Source: Candidatus Latescibacterota bacterium (GTDB taxonomy: Bacteria; Latescibacterota; UBA2968). Taken from it: 64,000 nucleotides of DNA. Within the stretch, counting starts at the first letter, position 1; each line of letters opens with the position of its first letter. Made by a program: the position numbers and the translations under genes. Below are positions 40,103 through 51,257 of the stretch, in pieces. The notes beneath the pieces are model-generated. The model had not been told where the DNA came from. It did not search any database and saw nothing but the letters and a program-made list of their open reading frames with translations. Location of the stretch: NCBI GenBank assembly GCA_965198115.1, contig OZ240241.1, forward strand, positions 32,001 to 96,000. Reading direction: 5' to 3'.

Positions 40103-41043
40103 ATGGTGAGAACGAGTGCCAACCCAAAGAAAAGGAGACGCACATCGGGTCTGCCGATTGCCGTCCCAAAGGACGTGGCCTCGATCCGGCTGTTGATCGA
40201 TACCGTTGCCCGGACGAACGAGTTGCCCCTTCCCGGTGTCGACTCTGTGCACGTCAGGAAAGCCCTCTTCGAGCGAGAGGACACTGGCCACGAGGAAAGC
40301 GGGTGGAGGGCCTGGACCCGATCGACTGGGCCAGACGGTTGGTCGCCGCTGAGCTCTACGCGCGGGAAGAGGACGTGGTCGGCATCGCGAGGGGGTTGGG
40401 GGTTGATGGGCCCGTCGTAAGGGACGACCTGGAGGTGATCTCGGTCTACCAGGTGCTCGCAGAGGGTGTTGGGCAAGCGCAGGCAGCACTCTCCCGGATA
40501 AGGAGGCGGTTTGAACGTCTCCAGGTGGCGGCTTTCGCCGACCTGCGTGAGGCCGAGAGCTTCCAGCTTCGGCGAAGAATCAGGACCGAAATCGGCCGTC
40601 GGGAGATGAGGCTCTGTAAGATGCTCCAGAAGGTCGGTTTCTATGGCCGGGTCACCGCCGGCTTACGCGTGGGCGAGCCCGTTGCTGACGAACGCGCGAT
40701 GGATGCCGTGAAGCATCTGCCAGATGAGGGGGTGCCCTATGTGGACCGAGGCCACATCGCCGCGATCCACCAGTTGGTGAATGCGGTCGTCCACCCGAAT
40801 CAACTGTCTCTGTTCGGCGCGGGATCTGTGCAGGCCCTGAAGATCCTGCGTGAGGGGAGGGGCACGTGGTCCGCTGGGAGGAAGAAGGAAGGGTCGGGTG
40901 AGCACGCGGCCGTGTGGGCCAGGCGGCTGCTGGTCGGCACGCTCCTGGCCAAAGGAGGACGACCTCTCCAGGTCGCAGAAGCTCTGGGCGTTGACAGATC
41001 GGTCGTCTACAATGATGCCAGAGAGGGTATTCCTCGAGAGTAG
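40103..41043 (+). CDS. Hypothetical protein with a C-terminal HTH, probably one frameshifted gene (40103-40420 plus 40303-41043)
   Basis: C-terminal LQVAEALGVDRSVVY helix-turn-helix. Overlapping GC-rich ORFs. Confidence 0.45.
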
Positions 41044-41219
41044 TCGGGATCAATCGAGGTTATGAAGCAGGGCTTTCGGGGTTATTCGTTCCAGGTTGTT
41101 GTTCTTGTTGCTTCGGTGAGCTCAGGGCTGAGAGAAACGGTGCTGTTCTGAATGGTGATTTGGCCACTATTGACCATCTCTCTCAACAAGCGTGAGATGC
41201 GTAAATTCGGAGGAAGGAG

Positions 41220-42593
41220 GAGCTATAATCAAAAGGTGTGGAAAAAGAGAAAGGGCGACCCTACCCTTCCCGTGAGATAGTTGATTCACACAAAACCGGG
41301 TGAGAGGCCCGGTTGGGAAGGAGGATCGCCGTGAAGGAACATACGCATAGAGCCCCATTGAAGTCCATGCCGACGTGGGAGACGGTTGACGATTGGATCC
41401 GTGAAGAGATCCAGGGCCGGTTCCAGTCCATTCCGGAGGAGGAGGCGACCGCGTTCTTGGGCCGGTCGTGGTATGAGCGCCGAGCCGAGGTCGATAGCTC
41501 CAGGGGCTACAGGAACGGCTACGGCAAGCCCCGGCGTCTCTCGACGAGCTGCGGAACGATCAAGGTCCGGCGTCCCCGGGCTCGTGGTCTGGAAGAGCGG
41601 TTTGAAAGCCGCATCCTCCCCCTGTTCGCCCGGAGAACCAGGGCCATTGGAGATCTGCTTCCCGACCTTTATCTCCACGGTCTCTCCCAGGGCGACTTCG
41701 AGTTGTCTTTGCGTGCGCTGCTCGGTGATGGCGCGCCGCTTTCGCCGACCTCGATCGCTCGTCTTCGAGGGAAGTGGGAGGTCGACTTCCAGGACTGGAA
41801 AGAAAGGCGTCTGGATAATCGCGAACTGGTCTACGCCTGGGCTGATGGCATCTACGTCAAAGCCGGGCTCGAGCGCGAGAAGGCGTGTCTGCTGGTCGTG
41901 ATCGGCGCGATGAGCGACGGCAGCAAGGAGATCCTGGCGATAGAACCCGGTTATCGAGAGTCTACAGAATCCTGGCTCACGGTGCTCCGGAATCTCCGGG
42001 ATCGCGGGCTCGAACATCCTGTCCTGATCGCCGCGGACGGGAATATGGGCATCTGGGCGGCCGTTGATCAGGTCTGGCCAGAGAGCCGGCAACAACGGTG
42101 CTGGAACCACAAGATCCTCAACGTGCTCGACAAGGTCGCCAAGCGTGCACAGGCTGAAGCCCGCGCACTGCTCGTCCAGATCCCCTATGCCGGCACGAAA
42201 AAGGAGGCCGAGAAGCTCCGGAAACGCTTTGCCGCACGGTATCGCTCACAGTTCCCTGCCGCCGTGGAGACGCTCGAAAGAGACTGGGATCGGATGGTCA
42301 CGTTCTACGACTTCCCGAAGGAACACTGGAAACACCTGAGAACCACGAACGTCGTCGAGAGCCCCTTTGCTTCCGTTCGGCTTCGCACAAACGCCGCCAG
42401 GCGATTCAAGAAAGTCAGGAACGCCACGACTCTCATCTGGCGTACGCTCAAGGTCGCAGAGAGCCGATTCAGGAAACTCACCGCGCCACACTTGCTACAA
42501 CAAGTCTACGATCAGAAACACTCAACCGGACCGCAGGTCGAAGCCGGGAAGATGGCCGCCTGATTTCTTTTACACACCTATTGACCTGAGCTC
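41220..42593 (+). mobile_element. IS256-family element (lineage A), 416-aa transposase (41313-42563), no matching target duplication
   Basis: Near-identical to 29177-30549. Flanks GGAAGGAG and AGGTAGAA differ. Confidence 0.95.
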
Positions 42594-42912
42594 AGGTAGA
42601 AGGCCTTCTATTAGTAAGGCATCAATTTCCCGACCAGATCCTCTAGGTAGATCCCTAGACTGAATAGACAAGGGCAGGATTCCTGCAATTCCCGATCTGA
42701 AGGACACCCTATCACCAACTTGCCAGCGACGCAAGATCGCGCTCATCTCCTTGGTGAGCTTCGCCGCTATGGGGGATAGGGCCGCCACCGTGCAACAGCA
42801 GCACTTGGCGGTTCGGGCCTTGACGGCCCTCGACCCAACTTGCCTGCGGCAAATTCGCAAGTGCGCGAAATTGTTAGGCGGCATTGAGACAAACCTTTGA
42901 AGGAGAGATAAG

Positions 42913-43836
42913 ATGGCCTACAAGTGGATGCCGATCATCGGTGGATTTGAGGAAGAAGACGGCGATCTGACTTTCAGGGGGGCAACCACAATTGTACAGA
43001 ACCAGGAGGCCGGCAAGGTAGGCCTCTTCGTGTGCGATCAGGTGTTCACTGGTGGTACCATCTCTGCGGAGATTGAGTTCAAGGGAGTCTCGGAAAGGTC
43101 CTCTTGTGACATTGTCATCTACTACGATCCTCAGAACCAATCGACCGTAAACGTCGGGTTGGCCGACGAATCGTTATTCGCCATTAGGCATTTTGCTGCA
43201 TCAAAGTGGACATTTCACGCGATAGCTGGTGGTCAGGGCAATCTACAAGCAGACAAGCCATACGCGGTGAGAGTGGAGCGGTATGGTTCTTTGGTGCGCC
43301 AATTAGTAGACGGAGTTGAAGTCCTTCGGACGACCCTCCCGTTCACACTTGGGCAGTCACAGGTTGGAGTGCAGTGCGTCGATCAGACGGACATTATGGT
43401 GAGAGACTTCAAAGTCGAGAACATCCGTCCAAAGGCTTTTGTGGTCATGCAATTCAGTGAACCCTACAACGACGTGTATTACGATGTAATCAAGAACGTC
43501 TGTGACGAACTGAACATCGAAGTTAACCGCATTGATGAGGCTGGCGGCCCAGGGATCATAATCTCAGACATAACGCGTGAAATCAATGAATCACACCTAG
43601 TCATTGCGGACATTACACCCAGAAACCCGAATGTGTTCTATGAAGTTGGTTACGCCCACGCGCTAAGCAAGCCGACGATCCTCATAGCAGAGAAGGGTAC
43701 TGATCTTCCTTTTGACGTTTCGCCTTTTCGAACTCTTTTCTATGAAAACTCCATCGGTGGCAAAGGTCGTCTTGAGGATGGGCTTCGAAAACACATTCAG
43801 GCCATCTTCTCTGAAAGAAGAGCTGCAGCCAGTTGA
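42913..43836 (+). CDS. Beta-sandwich domain fused to a nucleoside 2-deoxyribosyltransferase/TIR-like domain
   Basis: C-terminal AFVVMQF...RIDE...IADITPRNPNVFYEVGYAHALSKPTILI...LPFDV. Beta-rich N-terminal half. RBS AGGAG. Confidence 0.75.
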   Translation: MAYKWMPIIGGFEEEDGDLTFRGATTIVQNQEAGKVGLFVCDQVFTGGTISAEIEFKGVSERSSCDIVIYYDPQNQSTVNVGLADESLFAIRHFAASKWTFHAIAGGQGNLQADKPYAVRVERYGSLVRQLVDGVEVLRTTLPFTLGQSQVGVQCVDQTDIMVRDFKVENIRPKAFVVMQFSEPYNDVYYDVIKNVCDELNIEVNRIDEAGGPGIIISDITREINESHLVIADITPRNPNVFYEVGYAHALSKPTILIAEKGTDLPFDVSPFRTLFYENSIGGKGRLEDGLRKHIQAIFSERRAAAS

Positions 43837-43840
43837 GAGT

Positions 43841-44421
43841 CAATAGTGGCGTATCCGGCTTCGTGGGCGGACAAGTCGTGTGAAGGGCCGAAGACCTATC
43901 GCTGTAGCGACATCGCCTTGTTGTAAGCCATTCCCCTGCAACGACTTAACGCTCGCAGATTATATGTGGCGGCGGCCTGTTTCCGACGCGGATTGTATGT
44001 TGCGGCATACTTCTCCCGTCAGGCGCCGGGCCGCCGCTGCGGCATACTTCTTCCGTCAGATCGCATCACCGGCGCACAGGCCTCTCTGTCGGTGCTCCAG
44101 TCCGTCAGGCAGTGCGGCCCTTGCGGATTGTAGCCTGGACAGTGGTCCTGTGCGTCGGTGATGCAGTCTGACGGAAGAAGTATGCTCGCGGGGGGACATA
44201 GAATCCGCGTCAGGCGACCCCGCGGCCAGTCGCTGTGCCGGGGTGGTGCAGTCTGACGGAAGAAGTATGCCGCAGCATACAATCCGCGTCGGAAACAGGC
44301 CGCCGCCGCATATAATCCGCGTGGGATAAAGCGTTGCAGGGGAATGGCTTACAACAGGACGATGCCGCTACGGCGATAGGTCCGCACGGATACAATCCGC
44401 TGACGCCGCTGCGCCATACTG
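43841..44421. repeat. Non-coding element with long imperfect inverted repeats (MITE-like)
   Basis: 43894-44022 is an imperfect reverse complement of 44253-44381. GCATACTTCTYCCGTCAG occurs twice on each strand. Confidence 0.7.
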
Positions 44422-44794
44422 ACCTGAACAGACCTGAGAGGGCATCCAGATGCCGTTGACGAAAGGTCGATATCGTGTCGTGATCAGGATGCTGATCCAG
44501 GCTGAGCACACGGAAAGCAACGGAGTCATAGGTCGCACGCTCGATCTTGCGGGAACTCCTGATGCCTTCGCAGTAACCATACAGCAGTAGGCTCACCATC
44601 ATCCGGGGATCATACGGTGGCTGGCCACCTTGAGACCCATCGTAGGTCTCGTAGATCGCGGACAAATCAAGTTGTCCGACGATATCCAGAATGAAGTAGG
44701 TCGGATGACCCTTGGGAAGCCAACTCCAGAGATCCGGAGGTAGCAACATCAACTGAGCCGGATTATAGTCACGAAACCGAGTAGAAGTGCTCAA
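44422..44794 (-). pseudogene. IS1182-family transposase, N-terminal fragment
   Basis: LLPPDL..WLP.GHP, GQPPYDPRMMVSLLLYGY..GIRSSRKIE, PDHDTISTFR. Confidence 0.88.
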
Positions 44795-44834
44795 CGGAAA
44801 CCTCCAATTCAGAGTCGGAACCTTGGTCGCACTT

Positions 44835-47109
44835 CTACAATACGAAATCTTCCTCCGGCTGGGTACTCCGACAGGCTCCTAGGATAGGCACAACACCCGC
44901 GCTCGGGATGACCTGTTCTAGGATTCCAAGAGTTTTCTGTCTGAACTCCTTCGCCTCTGCTATAGTGATTGTTCGCGTACCGTGAGCTGAGAGGTTTCTC
45001 AGGAGCCCAAGTCTATTGAGGTCAGAGAAGACGAATGCGCTGAACGATCGACTGAAACAGTCTTTCGATAAGCTAAAGAAGAGATTGTGTTTCATTCCAT
45101 GCTTGAACGTTGTCAAGCTGAAGTTTTCGCGTTCTTTGCTATCCCTAAAGAGGTTCGTAAAAGGCTCTGCACACTCCTGTCTTGATTGCAGGAATTGCAC
45201 AAAGGGATCGTAGATATGCGTGCGCATTTCGCGAACAAGGACATTCCCGTAGGCAACGGGACACTCACCGAAGTCTTTGGAGTCGAGGCAGTTTGGGTAG
45301 GCCAATCTACGCTCACAATTGATCAGGTTTTCTCGCGAAGATGGGGCCAAGCAGGACCACACACTAAGCTCCTTGCTAAGTGCATGGTTTCATAAACATT
45401 ATTACGTATGTTCTGAACATTATTTGTAGCTTATGTTCTCCTTCAAAAGGAGGAGAACAATGCCAAGACGTTCGCCTTATGTGGTGCTACTGTCTGAGAA
45501 GGAACGGGTCGACCTCGAGCGAATGGCTGGACAATATACGTTACCGTATTATCAAGTGATCCGATCGAAAATCGTGCTTCTCGCCGCCGAGGGATTATCC
45601 AACAAGATTATCGCCCAACGGTTGGATGTCCCGCGTCCGATCGTAAGCAAATGGCGTAAGCGCTTTTTCGAAGAGCGTCTTTCGGGACTCGAAGATAGAT
45701 CTCGTCCCGGGCGCCCGCCCGGTTTTCCCCCCTCAGGTGGTCGTTCAGATCAAGGCGCTGGCGTGTGAACTACCGAGCGAGAGCGGGATACCGCTCTCGC
45801 GGTTCAGCTGTTCCGAGATTGCCGCCGAGGCAGTGCAAAGGGGCTTCGTTGCCAAGATCAGCGGCGCCACTGTCTGGCGCTGGTTGAACGAGGACGCGAT
45901 TCGTCCTTGGTATCATCGCTCCTGGATTTTCCCACGGGACCCGGACTTCCAAACCAAAGCAGGTAGAGTCCTTGATCTGTATCACCGCCAATGGCAAGGA
46001 AAGCCTTTAGGGCCGAGGGAATATGTACTTTCTGCCGACGAAAAGACCAGTATTCAAGCACGAGCTCGCAAGCACGTTACCCTACCGCCAGCCTCGAACA
46101 GAGCGGCACGCGTTGAACACGAATACGAGCGGAAAGGAGCCCTGGCCTATCTGGCTGCTCTCGACGTGCACAATGGTCGAATCTTCGGTCTCTGTGAGTC
46201 TTCTTCGGGTATCGAGCCCTTCAACCGGCTCCTGAGCCTGATCATGAGCCGGAAACCCTATTGCTCGGCAAAGAAAGTCTACCTCATCGTGGATAATGGC
46301 TCCTCGCACCGAGGGCAAACATGCATCGACCGTATCCGGGGGAAGTGGCCAAACATCCACCCCGTTCACCTTCCGATCCACGCAAGCTGGCTCAATCAGA
46401 TCGAGATCTACTTCTCGATCCTCAAACGCAAGGCTCTGACACCTATCGAATTTGCATCGCTCGAAGAGCTTGAGGCAAGAATCCTCGGTTTTCAGGAACG
46501 CTACGGACGTATCGCCACACCCTTCAAATGGAAGTTCACACGAACAGATCTCGCGGAGATGATCGACAAACTCAGGTTCTACGATACGCCCTTGGCAAAG
46601 TCTGCTTAGAATACGTCACCGTATTTGCGAACAGGAGTACTAAGTATGGCTACCGCAGCCTCCCTATCGATAGAAGACTGCGGCTGATTCTCCTTGATTC
46701 TCGTCTCGATCTCCTTTCGAGTAGTTTTATGCTCCTCTTGAATCGTCTGATTCTGCGCCGAGAAATGTTCAGCAAAGGACTCTGCCCACTTCTCGTCCAA
46801 AGGTTTGACTACATCGCGGCCGACAACCTCGGTCCGGTCTGACGAGGGCCCACTCTCCTCCGTTTCACCTCTCCATATACCATTAAATGCTTTGCCAACT
46901 CGTTCGATCGCGACCCGTATGACCTCAGACCCATACTGGTCTTCGAACTCTTGGACGCGGGCCTTCGCCTCACATCGAACAACATCCATATCTGGTCCTG
47001 TGCCAGTCGCCACTCGCTCCCAGTATTGCACTGCGTGGTAGTACCCGCCCGAGTCCTCATATCTATGTGCTAGTTCTGTCATCGCAGTTTGGTAGAACGG
47101 ATCATCTTC
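44835..47109 (-). pseudogene. TPR/coiled-coil protein with a C-terminal HEPN-like motif, split by IS630 and 5'-truncated by IS256
   Basis: Removing 45367-46642 joins ...AAVAIL to SVWSCLAP... in frame. C-terminal RNLSAH (R-x4-H). Confidence 0.65.
45367..46640 (+). mobile_element. IS630-family element with a two-frame transposase (45460-45768 / 45737-46609)
   Basis: TA duplication at both ends. HTH ORF (RPGRP) and DDE ORF (SADEKT, IVDNGSSH, SWLNQIE). Slippery TTTTCCCCCC at the frame overlap. Confidence 0.92.
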
Positions 47110-47540
47110 GAGCTCAGGTCAATAGGTGTGTAAAAGAAATCAGGCGGCCATCTTCCCGGCTTCGACCTGCGGTCCGGTTGAGTGTTTCTGATCGTAGACT
47201 TGTTGTAGCAAGTGTGGCGCGGTGAGTTTCCTGAATCGGCTCTCTGCGACCTTGAGCGTACGCCAGATGAGAGCCGTGGCGTTCCTGACTTTCTTGAATC
47301 GCCTGGCGGCGTTTGTGCGAAGCCGAACGGAAGCAAAGGGGCTCTCGACGACGTTCGTGGTTCTCAGGTGTTTCCAGTGTTCCTTCGGGAAGTCGTAGAA
47401 CGTGACCATCCGATCCCAGTTTCTTTCGAGCGTCTCCACGGCGGCAGGGAACTGTGAGCGATACCGTGCGGCAAAGCGTTTCCGGAGCTTCTCGGCCTCC
47501 TTTTTCGTGCCGGCATAGGGGATCTGGACGAGCAGTGCGG
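47110..47540 (-). mobile_element. IS256 (lineage A) right-end fragment
   Basis: Near-identical to the last ~430 bp of 29177-30549. Confidence 0.9.
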
Positions 47541-47886
47541 GAAGATAGGATTCGGCCTTGTCCAGTGCGGAGACGACCTCATCTCTCACTTCAGAGCCCC
47601 GGGCTTGGGTGAGCATCCCAAATGCTTTCTGTGAGCAATAGTAGCCCACGATGTCTGCAAGTCTGTTCCACAGGAGTTCCATTGGTTCAACCCCTGCCTC
47701 TTGTGCTTCATTCTCCGCTTCCTCAGTCCACCTGAATTTCCTTCCACTGAATACCCTTACGGTAGTTCCTCGCAATGATTGTATCTTAGCTATGCTGGTG
47801 TAAATCTTCTCGATCTTCTTAAGATCCTTCCCTATCTGGACCGCCTTGTCAGATCTACGTGTGAGGGCAGGGATTGTCTTCCGCAT
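47541..47886 (-). pseudogene. Hypothetical gene truncated by, and fused in frame to, the IS256 fragment
   Basis: MRKTIPALTRR...ALDKAESYL then switches to transposase sequence. Confidence 0.45.
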
Positions 47887-48403
47887 ATCGTTGCCTCTTT
47901 CTGGATCGATTCTATTGTGCGAGGTCGTCCCTTGGGCGCTGGTAATGCTTTCTCCTTTCATTGACTGGGGAGAGGAATGGTGTATCGTTTTCCCGTAAGC
48001 CCGCTGCAGTGCCTCGGCGGGAATGCCTTCCTGCCGGGGCCTTTCTTCTGTTTCTCCTTTTCTCGATATAGTTCTCCGCGGGTTTCTGATGAAAGTAGTC
48101 CTCAGAATCCATGGTGTCCGCGAGAATCTTCTTTTTTTCACCATTTTCTTGAGAAGAGTCACGTATTCGACGCTAAGTCAGACTTATCCCTGGACATATC
48201 TGTTGAGCTAAGTGAAAACACGATCTGACGTGGCAGATTCGAAGATGTTGCCGGGTCGGTTGGCTATCGGCTGAAGGTGTGGTGGTTAAGCTTTGACAGC
48301 CCGATCACAAGGGAGGTAGGTTCTCCCAAGGGGCACTTCCATTGAGCGCAGCTCAGACTGGAGTGCCCTGTTTTCTTGCGACCTATAGCTTGGTGGTGTT
48401 CCT

Positions 48404-48583
48404 ATGCCCGAGACGATACCAGGCCTGCTCAGCGATGTTTTCCTTGAGCAGGACAAGGTCCTATTTGAGGAGGTCCTTACGTGCTTTGAATCGGGAGCGT
48501 TGAGGGCAGCCTACATACTCACGTGGATTTGTATTGCTGAATCCATCAAGGCCAAGTTTAGAGATAATTACGATTTATTTTAA
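48404..48583 (+). pseudogene. N-terminal fragment of a HEPN/DUF4145-like protein (not in ORF track)
   Basis: MPETIPGLL...LFEEVLTCFESGALRAAYILTWICIAESI, ending in an AT-rich junction. Confidence 0.5.
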
Positions 48584-48903
48584 AATTATGAGTACTCATG
48601 TACTCAATTTCTAGTGGCCAAGCGACGACTGCCCTGTATCTGCGGCTCGCGGTGGAAGAACCCGGTCGAGAATCTGAGCAGCAACACGTGATGCCGGCCA
48701 GCCTCGTGGCCGGGACACACGCGCTCGACGTCTGCAAGACATAGAATCAGACACGGGATACGACACACGGCGGCGCTCACCGGAAGGCGCCCTCGCCGTC
48801 GTATCGTAAACGGCCGTTTGCGATACATGCGGATCGGCTCCTTCGACTTGCTGAGGCGTGGAATGAATAGACACCACCGGTCTTTTCGATAGGAGAACAG
48901 GTT

Positions 48904-49878
48904 ATGACGCGGACAACCCTCGGTCGCCTTGAGCCGGTCGAGTTGCGAAACATCTGGACGAGTGAGGCCGCAGACTTCACCCCCTGGCTAGCCCGTCCAG
49001 AGAATCTCTCCGTGCTTGGCGAAACGCTGGGTATCGACCTGGAGGTGGAAGCCCAGGAGCGTTCGGTGGGTCCGTTTCGGGCGGATATCCTCTGCAAGGA
49101 CATCGCGACCGACAGCTGGGTCCTGGTTGAGAATCAGTTGGAACGCACGGATCACAGTCACCTCGGCCAGCTGTTGACCTACGCCTCTGGCCTTGAAGCC
49201 GTCACCATCGTCTGGGTCGCAGCCCAGTTCACGGATGAGCATCGGTCGACGCTGGACTGGCTCAACAGGATCACGGATGCCAGATTTCGCTTCTTCGGCC
49301 TTGAGGTCCAGTTGTGGCGGATCGAGGATTCGCCGCCAGCGCCACGATTCAATGTGATCTCCAAGCCGAACGACTGGTCACAATCCGTCGCACAGGCCGC
49401 TCGGGCGATTGACGACACCGAGTTGTCTGAAACGCGAGTGGCTCAACGGGCATATTGGGCTGCCCTACACACGGTGCTCGACGCAGCGGGCGGTCCCGTC
49501 TCAGGAAACCAGAAACCACAGCCACAGTCCTGGATGGTGTATCCGATTGGTCGCTCCGGCTTCCATCTGAGTGCAGTGATGATTCGTCCGAAGAACCGGG
49601 TCCGCGCCGAACTCTATATCAAGGGAGAGGAGGCCAAGGGGTTTCTCGCGTCTCTGAAGGAGCAGCGTGAGGCACTCGAAGGGGAGCTGGGGTACCACCT
49701 CGAATGGGAAGAGTTACCGACGCGACGTGACTGCCGGGTCGCGTGCTACTTGAATGACGTAGATCCCGAGAACGAGGCGGACTGGGCGCACCAGCACGAA
49801 TGGCTAGCGCGGCACCTGAATGACCTACATCGTGTACTGGCGCCACGAGTAAGAACCCTGGAGGCGACGCAGATCTGA
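48904..49878 (+). CDS. PD-(D/E)xK nuclease-like domain plus DUF4268 domain protein
   Basis: EAADFTPWLA, RADILC, VENQLERTDHSHLGQLLTYA, LEWEELP. RBS AGGAG. Confidence 0.85.
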   Translation: MTRTTLGRLEPVELRNIWTSEAADFTPWLARPENLSVLGETLGIDLEVEAQERSVGPFRADILCKDIATDSWVLVENQLERTDHSHLGQLLTYASGLEAVTIVWVAAQFTDEHRSTLDWLNRITDARFRFFGLEVQLWRIEDSPPAPRFNVISKPNDWSQSVAQAARAIDDTELSETRVAQRAYWAALHTVLDAAGGPVSGNQKPQPQSWMVYPIGRSGFHLSAVMIRPKNRVRAELYIKGEEAKGFLASLKEQREALEGELGYHLEWEELPTRRDCRVACYLNDVDPENEADWAHQHEWLARHLNDLHRVLAPRVRTLEATQI

Positions 49879-49922
49879 AATCATATACATGGCCAACTCA
49901 GAATCCGGCCATCAATGCACTT

Positions 49923-50432
49923 TGAATCGCCCCGGACTTGCCGGAGACTCTATTTCTTGAGAGGATAGAGTCATGACAATCAGAAAGAGGTATTCTCCAG
50001 AGGTCCGCGAACTGTGCGGTTCGGTTGGTGTTCGAACACGTGAGTGATTACGACTCCGAGTGGGAGACCATCTGTTCGATTGCGGCCAAGATCGGTTGTA
50101 CTGCCGAGACGCTCCGCAAATGGGTGCGTAGGACCGAAGTGGACACGGGTCGTCGGGACGGCGTGACTAGCGATGAGCGGGCACAACTCAAGGAGCTGCA
50201 GCGTGAGAACCGAGAGTTGCGTCGTGCCAACGAGATCCTTCGCAAGGCATCGGCCTATTTCGCTCAGGCGGAGCTCGACCGCCCACCGAAACGTTAGTGG
50301 CCTGCATCGACGATCAACGTGACAACTACGGGGTCGAGCCGATCTGCAAGGTTCTGCCGATCGCACCGTCCACTTACTACGAGCAGAAGGCCCGGCAGGC
50401 CGATCCTGACCGTCTGCCGCCCCGTGTCCGCC
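49923..50432 (+). mobile_element. IS3-family element, left part (orfA and start of orfB), truncated
   Basis: TGAATCGCCCCGG terminus. [16 protein letters not shown]...[22 protein letters not shown]; YGVEPICKVLPIAPSTYY. Confidence 0.9.
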
Positions 50433-50640
50433 GGCGACAGGTGTACCGTCAGTTTGGCTTGCACCCCTCCAAAGACAGCGACAAGCGCACCGTCCAAAAC
50501 TTCCGCACCCAAGCTCTACGGGAGTTGAAGAAGATCAAGCTCGCTTGGCCGGAGTTGAACTACTCAACCGCTCCGGGCCTCCTGATCCTGCATCCCTCGA
50601 TCCCGGCCATCGCGCCGCTCAATCAAGGCCAGCTGACAAG
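50433..50640 (+). pseudogene. Plasmid RepA C-terminal fragment
   Basis: QVYRQFG...VQNFRTQALRELKKIKLAWPEL...LILHPS resembles the C-terminus of RepA_C-type plasmid replication proteins. Confidence 0.6.
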
Positions 50641-51178
50641 TACTGTCTCCGACTCCAGAATCCGTTGCGCCCACCGCCCATCATTTTTCTGCCATCACTC
50701 ATCGGCTCCAGTCGATATCGGGGACGCGGCTGGGGCGGTTCCGGTCCCACGTCTGCCGTGCCCGCTCCGCGATCCGCTCGGTGAGCTCGCGAAATTTGCT
50801 GGTCCACGAACGCCAGCGCCCCCTCGATCCACCCTGCGCGGTTGCGATACGCGACCGCGCCCGCATCTGCGACCCGACCGAATCAGGTCTGTTCAACACA
50901 ATACCGGACCTTCTCGACTCGTTAGCGTCTTCACTGTCGTTGTTATCTTCGCTCTCTGTCGCGGAGACCGAGTGAATGGATGTGGCCATGGTTTTCGATC
51001 CCGGCAAGATCCCGAACGTATACGACGAAGGACGGGCTGGCGCACGACCACGTGCGAGCTGTGGGCCCTCGCGTCCTTATCCCCCACGCACCGCGCCTAA
51101 TCTCAGAGCAATTTTGCAGGTCTCTGCTGGACTAGGTTCATTGTGAATGAAGCTAAGGACTCGATTGACAAATGCTCT

Positions 51179-51211
51179 TGTTAGCAATTCTGTTAGCAAT
51201 TCTGTTAGCAA
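51179..51211. repeat. Tandem 12-bp repeat TGTTAGCAATTC x2.75 (candidate integrase arm-type sites)
   Basis: TGTTAGCAA at 51179, 51191 and 51203. About 75 bp from the tRNA 3' end once the ISL3 is removed. Confidence 0.7.
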
Positions 51212-51217
51212 AATTGC

Positions 51218-51251
51218 AAAAGGGGCAATCCCCTAATGGGGTGCCCCTTTT
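51218..51251 (-). terminator. Intrinsic terminator hairpin, likely for tRNA-Val before ISL3 insertion
   Basis: AAAAGGGGCA-N14-TGCCCCTTTT. Confidence 0.65.
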
Positions 51252-51257
51252 AAATAT

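Noticed and set aside
47140-48162. 340-aa ORF as a novel transposase fusion
   Set aside because: Chance in-frame junction between a truncated gene and an IS256 3' fragment. The first ~90 codons look non-coding.
50297-51100. 267-aa ORF as a real gene
   Set aside because: Chimera of the IS3 orfB start, a rep C-terminal fragment and read-through sequence.
51066-51178. Integrase remnant beside the tRNA
   Set aside because: No recognisable tyrosine-recombinase motif in this short stretch.
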